Under the pieces are notes generated by a model. That model was not told the origin of the DNA and searched no databases. It saw only the letters and a program-made list of their open reading frames with translations. From Ignavibacteriales bacterium (lineage in GTDB: Bacteria; Bacteroidota; Ignavibacteria; UBA10030; UBA6906): DNA of 64,000 nucleotides. Position 1 is the first letter of the stretch. Each line of letters opens with the position of its first letter. Position numbers and translations under genes: made by a program. The stretch spans positions 1 through 64,000 of the forward strand of contig JBBIRR010000016.1 of assembly GCA_037441705.1 (NCBI GenBank), in the 5' to 3' direction. Shown in pieces: positions 55,167-64,000 of the stretch.

Positions 55167-56623
55167 CACCCCCACGCTGTTTCTGAATAGGAATGCTGCG
55201 GCGCGGCGGCGGACCACTCGAACGGTCTGAAATATCGCTCGTAGGAGATTTCAAACCCCTTGGCCCGAAACGCCCCCGTCTCAAGGTCCTGCACGTATTG
55301 GCCGCGAAATTCTCGCTGCGCGATCATGTGGAGTGTCTGCAGGAATGCATCAATGTCGGATTCGTTGGTGTAGCAACCAAAGCTGGCGCGAACCATCCCC
55401 GGAAATGTCGCGGCATCCGTACTCACGACGCCGCACCCGCTATCTCGTGCGTGCTCGGCATCCACGTTCAGCAGCCGCTTCACATACGGTTGCGCGCAAA
55501 AATATCCCGTGCGAACGCCGATTCCTCCTTCCGCACCGAGAATGGCGCCAACCAATCCCGGATGCATACCATCAAGGTTGAACGCGATCACGCCGACTTT
55601 GTCGTCGAGCTTCTCGGTCGGACCGTAGAAATGAATGCCGGGAATCTCTTTCATTCTGGCGAGAGTGTACTCAAGGAGTTTCCGTTCATGCTCGGCAACG
55701 GCCTCCATCCCGACGCGCTTCATCATGCACAACGCTTCCGCAAGCGCGATGCCTCCGACGACGTTAGGACTTCCCGCTTCGTCGCGATGCGGCACGGGAT
55801 TCCATTCCACATCATTCAGCGTCACGATCGCAGCCACACCGCCGCCGACGCTATCAGGCTCGCCGTCCCGGAAGAAGTCCATCGGTCCGATGAGTACGCC
55901 TGTGCCGAACGGCGCGTAAATCTTGTGCGCGGAAAAAGCGAGAAAATCAATGTGCCCAGGGTCGTCGTCGGGCAGCATGTGCACAGGCCGATGAGCAACC
56001 AATTGCGCAGCGTCCACGAAAATCTTTGCACCAACGGCGTGCGCCCGTTCCGCAATGTCATGAATAGGTGAACAGATGCCGGTAATGTTGGAAGCTCCGC
56101 TTACCGCAACAAGCCTGGCACGTCCGGCATACCGGCGCAACGTTTCCTCCATCTCATCCAGGTCAAGATAGCCGCCGTCCCGGATGCCGACATGAACGAC
56201 ACGCGCAGCTTTCCGCCACGGCAGATCGTTCGAATGATGTTCGATGCCCGTCGTGATCACGACGTCATCCTCCGCGAAGTTGAAGCGGCGCGCAAGCTTG
56301 TTGATACACTCGGTCGTATTCTTGAGGAAGATGACGACATTCGTCTCCAGGTCTGCGCCCACGAAGCGGCCGCACACGGCATGGGCGCTGTCGTACAGTT
56401 GCGTGGCGATCTGCGATTTGAAGCCCGTTCCTCGATGCACGCCCGAGTACCAGGGCATGAACTCCTCGATGCGCTGTAACACCCGCCTGAAGGCCGGCGT
56501 GCTCGCCGCGTTGTCCAGAAACACGTACGGGCGCTCCGTCCCGTCCAGGACCGGGACGAGCGTGTCGATGCCGACGATTTCGTTGCGGAAACCGTCGAGA
56601 CGCAGAGTCTGCGCGTGGCTCAT
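55166..56623 (-). CDS. Class V PLP-dependent enzyme (cysteine desulfurase-like)
   Basis: FLDNAAST, EHHSNDLPW, VDAAQ, AFSAHKIY (PLP Lys), VRTGYFCA. Confidence 0.88.
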   Translation of the reverse strand: MSHAQTLRLDGFRNEIVGIDTLVPVLDGTERPYVFLDNAASTPAFRRVLQRIEEFMPWYSGVHRGTGFKSQIATQLYDSAHAVCGRFVGADLETNVVIFLKNTTECINKLARRFNFAEDDVVITTGIEHHSNDLPWRKAARVVHVGIRDGGYLDLDEMEETLRRYAGRARLVAVSGASNITGICSPIHDIAERAHAVGAKIFVDAAQLVAHRPVHMLPDDDPGHIDFLAFSAHKIYAPFGTGVLIGPMDFFRDGEPDSVGGGVAAIVTLNDVEWNPVPHRDEAGSPNVVGGIALAEALCMMKRVGMEAVAEHERKLLEYTLARMKEIPGIHFYGPTEKLDDKVGVIAFNLDGMHPGLVGAILGAEGGIGVRTGYFCAQPYVKRLLNVDAEHARDSGCGVVSTDAATFPGMVRASFGCYTNESDIDAFLQTLHMIAQREFRGQYVQDLETGAFRAKGFEISYERYFRPFEWSAAAPQHSYSETAWG

Positions 56624-56712
56624 GGTATTCACTCCTCACCAACGTTAAGGGTGATGTGTTCGCTGCAATGTCAATGAACGATGCCTGCCGCTTCCATCCA
56701 CGAGCACGACGT

Positions 56713-57615
56713 TCAGCCGCGCGGGTGGAATGTCCGGTGTACCTCTTTCAGATACTCCCGGTCAACATGCGTGTAGATTTGTGTCGTGCCGATATCGGCG
56801 TGCCCGAGCATCTCCTGCACGGCTCGCAAATCGGCTCCGCCCTCCAGCAGGTGCGTCGCAAACGAATGCCGCAACGTATGCGGATGCACGTCGCGTTCGA
56901 TGCCCGCCTGCCGCGCGTAGCGCTGCACAAGATTCCAGACGGCGTTGCGCGACAATGGCCCGCCGCGCGCGTTCAGAAACAACGTGTCGCCCGAGACTGC
57001 GCTGCGGGCGATCTGCGGTCTGCACTCTCTTCTATATCGCTCGATCCAGCGTAACGCTGAGCCGCCAATCGGCACAACTCGCTCCTTGGATCCCTTCCCA
57101 AAAACACGCACAAGTCCCTCGTCGGGTAACACATTGTGCTGCTTCAGTCCGATGACTTCCGACACCCGCAAACCGCATGCGTACATCGTCTCTAACACCG
57201 CCCGATCTCTCAGCCAGAGATTCTTCCTGTCACCTTCACGCTCGGACGCCTGATTGAGCATTGCCTCCACTTCCGGCTGCGTCAGGACGTCGGGCAGACT
57301 ACGCTGCAATCTCGGCGCGTCGATTACTTCGGTTGGGTCAGCTTTCAAGACGCCGTCGGTTAAGAGGAACCGATGGAATCCTTTGATCGCCGAAAGCGCT
57401 CGCGTCACCGAACGGGCCGACAACCCCTGCTCGCGCAGCGACGCGAGAAACTCCGCTGCGTGAGACTGGCGTATTGCTCGTACGCTTCGAACGTTTCTCC
57501 GTTCAAGAAAAGCAAGGTAGCGCTGAATATCAAGCCGATACGATGCAATCGTGTTGCGCGAAGCGTTCTTTTCCAGGGCAAGAAACCGGAGGTAGTCCTG
57601 ACAATGCTCGTTCAT
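56713..57615 (-). CDS. xerD: Site-specific tyrosine recombinase XerD
   Basis: GLRVSE, GKGSKERVVP, HPHTLRHSFATHLLEGGADLRAVQEMLGH..TTQIYTH..FHPR. Confidence 0.93.
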   Translation of the reverse strand: MNEHCQDYLRFLALEKNASRNTIASYRLDIQRYLAFLERRNVRSVRAIRQSHAAEFLASLREQGLSARSVTRALSAIKGFHRFLLTDGVLKADPTEVIDAPRLQRSLPDVLTQPEVEAMLNQASEREGDRKNLWLRDRAVLETMYACGLRVSEVIGLKQHNVLPDEGLVRVFGKGSKERVVPIGGSALRWIERYRRECRPQIARSAVSGDTLFLNARGGPLSRNAVWNLVQRYARQAGIERDVHPHTLRHSFATHLLEGGADLRAVQEMLGHADIGTTQIYTHVDREYLKEVHRTFHPRG

Positions 57616-59999
57616 TGATTGTCGATCGCCTTGATGGTTCGTGACAGACGCTCGTCCGGTACAGGACGGGCCGGCTCATCGTCACGCGGTATTTCTTTTT
57701 CCCGAGGCAGCTGCGCATCGTCTTCCGTCATTGCCGATGCCGTCGTTTTGCTCTCCTTGCGCTCCTCCTCTTTGTCCATCTCAGGATACTTGACCCGACT
57801 GTGGTACACGCCGACAAGAACATTCAGAAACGCTTTCTTGATCTTGGTGAGATCTTTCAGAGTCAACGGGCATTCATCTAACTCCCCTTCTTCAAACCGC
57901 TTCTTGATGAGATCGTCTATCATCGCCTCGAGTTTTTGGGGGGATGGATCATCCAATGATCGGGCTGCCGCCTCGATCGAGTCGGCAAGCATCAGAATGC
58001 CGGTTTCTTTGGTTTGCGGTTTCGGACCCGGGTAGCGATAGTCCTGCTCGTTGATTTCGTCGATCTTGGTTTCGTCATCCGAATTCTGCGCCATCGCCAG
58101 AGCTTTGTGGTAGAAGAAGTCGATCAGCGTCGTGCCATGATGCTGGGGGATAAAGGCGACAACCTCTTCGGGCAGATTGTACTCACGCGCGAGGGCGATC
58201 CCCTTCTTGACGTGATTTTGAATGATGAGCGAACTCATGCGCGGCGCAAGCTTCTCGTGCCGGTTCCGGGAGCCTTTCTGGTTCTCGACAAAGTACGTCG
58301 GCTTTTCGATCTTGCCGATGTCGTGGAAATACGCGCCCACGCGGGCAAGCACTTCGTTTGCCCCGACCGCTGCCGCGGCGGCCTCGGCAAGATTGGCCAT
58401 CGTCATGCTGTGATGATAGGTGCCGGGAGCCTTCTCCGACAACATCTTCAACAGCGGATGATGAAACTGACCGAGTTCGATCAACGTGAGATCGGTCGTC
58501 ACTTTGAAATATCGTTCGAAGAAGATGAGCAGTCCGAACGTGAGGACGGGAGAGATGAGCGAGTTTGCCAGTGCGAACGTCAACTCCTCCACCAGGGTGC
58601 CCACCTCCTCGATACGCTCCAGCCCGAGAGCAATGATCGTGATGGCATAGCCCAGGAAGATAAAGCCAAAGGAGCGGATGATCTGCGAGCGGTTCCGAAT
58701 ATCCCGCACGGTGTACACGCCGAGCGCGCCCGCAACAAGTGCCGCCAGCGCAACCGTGTAGTCATTGCCCCAAACGCCGCCGACCAGATACGCCGTCACC
58801 ATCGTGCCGTACAATCCCACACGCGAGTCGAAGATGATCGTAAGCAACATCGATGCAGCCGGAACGGCAATCAGGTACTCCAACGGTGCGGCGACATTGA
58901 GCACCCGCGTGAGGTACGCGAAGAAACACTCCATCAGGATCAACAAGGCGATCAACGCGAGACGGCGGTTGTTCCCGAAAATTCGCTTGCGAAACAGCCA
59001 GAGGTAGATCACGAACGGCGTCAGCACAATACCCACGTGGAGAAATGTCCCGACCATTTGCAGCGGTCCGACGGCAACGGAACCGCGCTCGTGTCTCGCT
59101 TTGCGCAGCGAATCAATTTTCTGCTTGATCTCCGGTGTAATTCGCTCGTTCTTGCCGATGATGCGATCGCCCTCCTGCACAAACCCCGCCGTCCGGGGCA
59201 CAGACTCAATGGCGACCTGCAGCGCACGCTCGGTCGCCCCCGCGTTGTACTTCACGTTCGGCAACAAATGAACGAGGGCGATCTTGCGGGCGACTTCGAG
59301 CGTATCGTTCATTCCTGCATAGTGGGCCAAGAGATCGCGTTCCATACGCGCTGCGGCCTCTTCTTCATCGAGAAATGTGTCAAGGGGAAGGATTTCCTCC
59401 ACCGTTCCTTTGCGCAATGCCACCTCGCGTCGGGGCAGCGTTTTCTTCTCTACATCGAGAATCCCCTGATCGAGGCAACTCCGCATCGAAGTCTCGATCA
59501 CTTCCTGCATTGCTGTCAGCGCCTCGCTCGAGAGGCTTGCAAGCGCCTTCCACTCGTGCTCATGAAATCTCAACTCCACCTGCTCGAGAAGCCGGGCTGC
59601 GCGCGCCGAATCTGCCGGGCTGTTCGATGCTCGGTACCGGGCCTGTGCGCGCAGGGCCTCCTGCAATCGGGCAAAGAACGTTCTCAACTGCTCGACCTGC
59701 TGTTCGGTCCGGGTTCCGTTGCGCTCGAACACGGGATAGGCACGCGCCTTAGCTTCCTGCACATCGCGCTGGTATTCGGCCGGATCACGAAGGATGGGAA
59801 ACGAAAACGGAGCGTACAAATCGTTCTGAGGCCAGAGGCCCCCCACCCGATATTCGGCCTCAATGGCTTCGCCGCGCGGGAAGAGCAGGCCGACAAGAAC
59901 CACCAGCCCGAGTGCGAGCGTTAGCTTCGTGGCAAGTTCGCGCGACAAACGCAGGCCGCGCAGGTACGCCCACATCCTATGCTGTTTCTCCTCTGGCAT
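57612..59999 (-). CDS. 7TM-HD (HDIG) family phosphohydrolase, PgpH-like
   Basis: N-terminal TM, large extracytoplasmic domain, multi-TM block, APGTYHHS, YFHDIGK, HHGT, MLADSIEAA. Confidence 0.92.
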   Translation of the reverse strand: MPEEKQHRMWAYLRGLRLSRELATKLTLALGLVVLVGLLFPRGEAIEAEYRVGGLWPQNDLYAPFSFPILRDPAEYQRDVQEAKARAYPVFERNGTRTEQQVEQLRTFFARLQEALRAQARYRASNSPADSARAARLLEQVELRFHEHEWKALASLSSEALTAMQEVIETSMRSCLDQGILDVEKKTLPRREVALRKGTVEEILPLDTFLDEEEAAARMERDLLAHYAGMNDTLEVARKIALVHLLPNVKYNAGATERALQVAIESVPRTAGFVQEGDRIIGKNERITPEIKQKIDSLRKARHERGSVAVGPLQMVGTFLHVGIVLTPFVIYLWLFRKRIFGNNRRLALIALLILMECFFAYLTRVLNVAAPLEYLIAVPAASMLLTIIFDSRVGLYGTMVTAYLVGGVWGNDYTVALAALVAGALGVYTVRDIRNRSQIIRSFGFIFLGYAITIIALGLERIEEVGTLVEELTFALANSLISPVLTFGLLIFFERYFKVTTDLTLIELGQFHHPLLKMLSEKAPGTYHHSMTMANLAEAAAAAVGANEVLARVGAYFHDIGKIEKPTYFVENQKGSRNRHEKLAPRMSSLIIQNHVKKGIALAREYNLPEEVVAFIPQHHGTTLIDFFYHKALAMAQNSDDETKIDEINEQDYRYPGPKPQTKETGILMLADSIEAAARSLDDPSPQKLEAMIDDLIKKRFEEGELDECPLTLKDLTKIKKAFLNVLVGVYHSRVKYPEMDKEEERKESKTTASAMTEDDAQLPREKEIPRDDEPARPVPDERLSRTIKAIDNQ

Positions 60000-60121
60000 C
60001 GACGTGTTGGGAAGAATTTCTTGGAGAAATATCAGAAGATTGATGTAGAGAAGCAACGCAGGAAAGCAAAACGCCTCACCCGAGTCACGGATGAGGCGTC
60101 GTGCAGCAACACTCACCACGC

Positions 60122-60523
60122 TCAGTTATTCTTCGCTCCCTGATCAATCCATGTCGCAATGGTCTTTATCTCATCGCCGGTGAGCCAGACGGCCTTCCCC
60201 TCCTGAATCTTCTTCTTCGAGTTCAACGGCATCCGATCGCCGAACGGCGGGTTCTCGCTCAACTTCTGAATCAACAGACTCTCGGCGGACTTCCCCGGCT
60301 TGAAGGGAACGCCGTGCTTCCCCCCTTGCGCAATCTGATCGTACGAATCCATGCTCAGCTCGCTCGGATTGAAATTGTCTTCCGCATGGCACGGAAGACA
60401 TTTTGCTTTGATGATGGGAAAGACATCGTTCTTAAACGACACCGTTGTCTTCTTTTCCCCCTGTGCAAATGTAATCACACCCACAGCAACAAGAGCGAAG
60501 ATGAAACCACCGAGACGTTTCAT
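60122..60523 (-). CDS. Exported monoheme cytochrome c (planctomycete-cytochrome-like domain)
   Basis: Signal peptide; VSFKNDVFPII..CLPCH; PGKSAESLL..RMP..WIDQGA. Confidence 0.88.
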   Translation of the reverse strand: MKRLGGFIFALVAVGVITFAQGEKKTTVSFKNDVFPIIKAKCLPCHAEDNFNPSELSMDSYDQIAQGGKHGVPFKPGKSAESLLIQKLSENPPFGDRMPLNSKKKIQEGKAVWLTGDEIKTIATWIDQGAKNN

Positions 60524-60593
60524 GTATTCTCCTCTGATTGTTCAGACTTGCTACCGCAGAATATAACCATCTTTCCACAGAAATGGTTGCAGG

Positions 60594-61307
60594 CTAATTG
60601 TTCAGCGCGCCTTGCCTGATCCAATCCCTTATAAGTTGAATAGAAGCCGACGGCAATGCCGAACCACCCAGCGGCATGCGGTTGCCGCACGTTGAACCTT
60701 CGAGCCGCTTGACGAGAACGCTGTTGTTCGCATCGCCGGGTAGGACACGCTTCTGGCCCTGACACGAACCAACCGAAGCGTTTTGATTCACCAACTGTCC
60801 ATAGCTCACGCCTGCTTCCAGCGAAAAGGGTGCGCCGCCGCCGGGGTGACATCCGGCGTTGACGCAGTTGTTCGTGAAGATCGGTTGAACCTGATTTGCA
60901 AATGAAACGAGTGTGGCCGTTACCCTTATTTCGATCTCGATTTCATTCTCTTCATGCAGCGGCGCATCGGGGAATGAATCATGCGTGTCGGAATCTTTCA
61001 CCTTCACGCTTGTTATGCCCGAGACACTCCCGCTCGCCGCCTGGATCACAAGTGTCCCCGTTCCATCCGCATTGTTGGTGAGCGTCGCCGTCGCCAGCAA
61101 GGGATCGGGTTGGCGGCTGATGCTGTACGGAGGATTTCCCCCGCTGATGGTGACTGTGGCCTGGCCACCCGGATTGAGCGTCACCGAAAACGTGGATGCC
61201 ACGAGGGCAGGTCGTCCAATCGCATCTCCCAAATCCTTACAGCTCTGTCCCAGAAGTACGAGCGCAGCGAGCGCAACAATCACGACAAGAACTCTTTTGG
61301 CCATCAT
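60594..61307 (-). CDS. Lipoprotein with Ig-like domain and C-terminal cytochrome c domain (atypical CX4CH)
   Basis: Lipobox GQSC; VSFANQVQPIF..CVNAGCH; PGDANNSVL..RMP..WIRQGA. Confidence 0.8.
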   Translation of the reverse strand: MMAKRVLVVIVALAALVLLGQSCKDLGDAIGRPALVASTFSVTLNPGGQATVTISGGNPPYSISRQPDPLLATATLTNNADGTGTLVIQAASGSVSGITSVKVKDSDTHDSFPDAPLHEENEIEIEIRVTATLVSFANQVQPIFTNNCVNAGCHPGGGAPFSLEAGVSYGQLVNQNASVGSCQGQKRVLPGDANNSVLVKRLEGSTCGNRMPLGGSALPSASIQLIRDWIRQGALNN

Positions 61308-61319
61308 TTCAGTCTCCTC

Positions 61320-62447
61320 CTACAGATAGAAATGAATGAGAAGATTGAACTCATCGTTGGAGATGTTCGTCGGGTCTTCACGATTGATCCGGTACAGTGG
61401 ACGAACCTCTACCCCGCTGATGGGGAAAAATTCCAGGCCAACGCTGTAGCGCGAGATGGACCCGGTCTTGAGGTCAATGTCCGGGTCGGCAAACTCGTAC
61501 ATAAATTTAAGATCAACACCCGATGCCACCACAACATCGGCTTCCACGAGCGAGACAAGACCTGTGACTGTCGCGCCGCCCGCCTTGTTCTTGATCCAAT
61601 CTACTTCGCCGAACACGGTGATGTCCTTGTAGCTAAACGACCCGAGCGCCCCGAACACCGTCAGGCGCGAACCTGCGCCCAGCTCTTTCGTGAACACGTT
61701 GCCGCCTACACCCAGATGCATATCGTCCGACAGTTTGAAGATGCCGTCGGCCCGCCCGAGCAGGGCCTTGTTCTTCGAAACGCCGGCGCCGAAACCGTCC
61801 GCGGCGTTGTACACACCGCCCAGAATGTTCACGGGACCGGGACTGAACCCGAGTTCCGCTCCGGTTAGCTCGGCGCGACCGCTTTCGGGGTTGAAGCCTG
61901 TCCGATCGCGAATGAATGTACGATGATCATCCAATCGCGTTCCGTAGTTGGGAAGGAATTTGCCAATCTTGATGTAGCCGTTGCCCGGAAGCAGATTGAG
62001 TATGCCGAAGATTTCAAATCCCGAGTAGATCCCCTTATCAAGATAGATGTTCACTTTCTTCGCGAGACGGAAGTTGAGATACACATCTCCCTGCATCTGG
62101 AAGAAGGCGTTGTTGGTTGTGGAGGATGTGCCCGCACCTCCACCCGCCGTATCGGGAATCTGTTGAGCATAGAACAGCGTGCGGAAATCTGCCCCAACCG
62201 AAACGAAGTCATTGAGCTTGGTGGAGAAATCATCCAGACTGAACTCATCCGACCAGGTTGGCACGGGTAGCGTCTCGCGTCCATACTGCTGACCGAATGC
62301 CTGCCGCATCCCGCCACCTGCTGGATTGACGTGACACGACTGACACTTGGCGCCCGTACGACTGGCGAAACGGGGCAAGCCGTATGCATGCTCAATCAGA
62401 ACACAGCAGAGGAGCATGAAGACAGAACGAAACAAGAGCTTCTTCAT
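61320..62447 (-). CDS. Cytochrome c-porin fusion (Cyc2-like outer-membrane protein)
   Basis: Signal peptide then LPRFASRTGAKCQSCH; remainder amphipathic beta-strands ending LIHFYL. Confidence 0.7.
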   Translation of the reverse strand: MKKLLFRSVFMLLCCVLIEHAYGLPRFASRTGAKCQSCHVNPAGGGMRQAFGQQYGRETLPVPTWSDEFSLDDFSTKLNDFVSVGADFRTLFYAQQIPDTAGGGAGTSSTTNNAFFQMQGDVYLNFRLAKKVNIYLDKGIYSGFEIFGILNLLPGNGYIKIGKFLPNYGTRLDDHRTFIRDRTGFNPESGRAELTGAELGFSPGPVNILGGVYNAADGFGAGVSKNKALLGRADGIFKLSDDMHLGVGGNVFTKELGAGSRLTVFGALGSFSYKDITVFGEVDWIKNKAGGATVTGLVSLVEADVVVASGVDLKFMYEFADPDIDLKTGSISRYSVGLEFFPISGVEVRPLYRINREDPTNISNDEFNLLIHFYL

Positions 62448-62525
62448 AAGGGGACTCCTTGTGTTGGTGATATGTTAGCAGCCGATGAAAGGATTCGGGC
62501 GAATGCAACCTTGTCAAGGTGAGGC

Positions 62526-62554
62526 AATATAGCAAGTGCAGCGGAGGGAGTCAA
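62526..62554 (-). promoter_or_regulatory. Sigma70-type promoter of the cytochrome-porin operon
   Basis: TTGACT-N17-TATATT with TGn extension. Confidence 0.7.
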
Positions 62555-62669
62555 CAACGTACAAGCGAGGCGCGCTGCTTGACATGAAAAGGCGCTACGC
62601 CTCGCTTCTTTCTTTACGGTGTGTCAGAGAGAGGTACTCGCAACACGGTACTCACGGGCCACGCGGGGG

Positions 62670-63386
62670 TTATTTCCCGGAGGAAACCAGAAGCACGAGC
62701 AAAAGGACTGCCGACGCTATGCCTACAATGACCAGTCCAGACTCCCTCCAAACACTACCCGCAGTGCGCTGAGTTGGATTCACTTCACCAAAGTAGACAA
62801 TATCATCTAAAGGAATGACCAATACACTCTCTTCGACCTGCAAAGCAAGCGCAACATTACGCGGAAGTGCTGTCCCCGCCAGACTCATCCTCCACAGCTT
62901 CTCCATCTCATAGGGTGTTCCGTTCACGCTTTCCATGCGCATCTTCGAAAGCTTATCGAGCGGGGCTTCTAAGGATCGGCTCAAATCGGCCGTCTGCAAT
63001 CGAACCGTGCCGTTTCCAAAGCCACGAAAGATGTACGGCACGGGGGTGGTCGTCTGCGTCAGGAAAACCGAATCTCCGAAATTGGGAAGCGCAATCGTAC
63101 CGTCAAGCGATTCGGTAAACATTTTATACCTCGCTGCATACGTTGCCGGCTCGAGGTGCACATACGACTTGATGGAACCCACAAAGACAGTAGAATCCAT
63201 GAGCACAACCCTGACGAAGGAACCTAGTTTAAGGTTGGAGACCGTGTCTTTAGGCAATGGAATCCTATCGAGACCTATCTCAATCACCTCACCAATTGTA
63301 GGAGCACAACCGCTGGACGCAACAAGAGAGTAGATGATGATACCAACTCCAAAGACAACACACACAACAGAAAATCGTTTTTGCAT
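62670..63386 (-). CDS. Hypothetical membrane-anchored protein (N-terminal signal/lipobox-like, C-terminal TM)
   Basis: SD AGGAGGAGG before MQKRFS; SSGC; C-terminal hydrophobic helix; paralogous to the next ORF. Confidence 0.75.
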   Translation of the reverse strand: MQKRFSVVCVVFGVGIIIYSLVASSGCAPTIGEVIEIGLDRIPLPKDTVSNLKLGSFVRVVLMDSTVFVGSIKSYVHLEPATYAARYKMFTESLDGTIALPNFGDSVFLTQTTTPVPYIFRGFGNGTVRLQTADLSRSLEAPLDKLSKMRMESVNGTPYEMEKLWRMSLAGTALPRNVALALQVEESVLVIPLDDIVYFGEVNPTQRTAGSVWRESGLVIVGIASAVLLLVLLVSSGK

Positions 63387-63579
63387 GCCTCCTCCTGATG
63401 AAGAAATTACGCGTGTAATAAGCAAAATGGAGAAAGGGTTGAATTCGAAAAGGTCAATCGTTCATCCATCGTACGGAATGACATTACAATGGCTTGCACA
63501 TGTCCGGGAGTTATTGTCGAGGTCGTTCCTCATTTCCCGTTCGCATCGGAATTGGATGAACATAACTTTGAGAGGGGGC

Positions 63580-64000
63580 TCATTTCCGGTCATAGAGCAC
63601 AATCGCGAGAATCAACGCCCCCAAAGCGATCGTCAAGACGATTTCTGCCACGCCAACCGCTACCCAGCCCCCAGCCCCAAGTTTTGGATTTCTCTGCTGA
63701 AGGAAACGAACATCATCAATCGCAAGAGTCTCTGCCCGCGCTTCCGTCTGCACAACAAACCCGACATTGTGCGGAAGCGGAAAAGACTCTCGCTTCAGAG
63801 TCATCCTCCATAGCTTTTCGACGTCATAGGGTGTTCCGGTGACGCTTTCCATGCGCGCAGTCAAAAGCCTTTCGAACGCGACGCTCCTCCAATACTTCAA
63901 ATCGGCTGACTGCAATCGAACCGTGCCATTTCCAAAGCCACGAAAGATGTAGAGCCTGCGAACGTCCTTCTGAGTCAGGAAAACCGAATCTCCGATTCTC
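63580..64000 (-). CDS. Hypothetical protein, 5'-truncated by window edge; paralog of 62670-63386
   Basis: Frame stays open to the window end: GDSVFLTQ..YIFRGFGNGTVRLQSADL..RMESVTGTPY..EKLWRM. Confidence 0.75.
   Translation of the reverse strand, partial: RIGDSVFLTQKDVRRLYIFRGFGNGTVRLQSADLKYWRSVAFERLLTARMESVTGTPYDVEKLWRMTLKRESFPLPHNVGFVVQTEARAETLAIDDVRFLQQRNPKLGAGGWVAVGVAEIVLTIALGALILAIVLYDRK

Noticed and set aside
55166-56623. Class V enzyme as part of a DNA phosphorothioation or Suf system
   Set aside because: No dnd, ssp, suf or isc partner genes in the window
56713-57615. Tyrosine recombinase as a prophage or island integrase
   Set aside because: Typical XerD length and C-terminal motifs, embedded in a housekeeping operon; no att repeats, tRNA or phage genes nearby

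Overview
A 64-kb, gene-dense, GC-rich chromosomal segment. T9SS C-terminal sorting domains, a PorV-like barrel, strong Shine-Dalgarno sites and canonical TTGACn-N17/18-TATATT promoters point to an Ignavibacteria-like FCB-group bacterium (inferred, not searched). Positions 1-14.1 kb hold a LacI-controlled alpha-glucan uptake operon with no SusD: lacI, GH13, a two-domain parvulin, a TonB-dependent receptor, a 1253-aa acidic-repeat protein with a T9SS-like tail, a PorV-like barrel and a triple-CBM T9SS cargo. It is divergent from a MalK-like ATPase, a sodium:sugar symporter and DPP IV. Next come a deacetylase/GNAT/DegT trio, carA, and a cobalamin riboswitch with btuB-btuG. Housekeeping and envelope genes follow: deoC, two SPOR proteins, mltG, yfhO, tsaD, an AlaX-type editor, lptD, rarA, ftsB, ddl, asd, lysA, xerD and a 7TM-HD protein. 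The right end has a three-gene operon of a Cyc2-like cytochrome-porin fusion plus two monoheme cytochromes. Strongest leads: (1) the SusD-less, T9SS-coupled glycan-uptake architecture; (2) the Cyc2-like electron-conduit operon; (3) two unlinked aldolases (DeoC and a class II aldolase) each carrying an encapsulation-peptide-like extension, suggesting a dispersed bacterial microcompartment. No rRNA, tRNA, CRISPR array or IS element was recognised. All family assignments are by motif recognition; no database searches were run.
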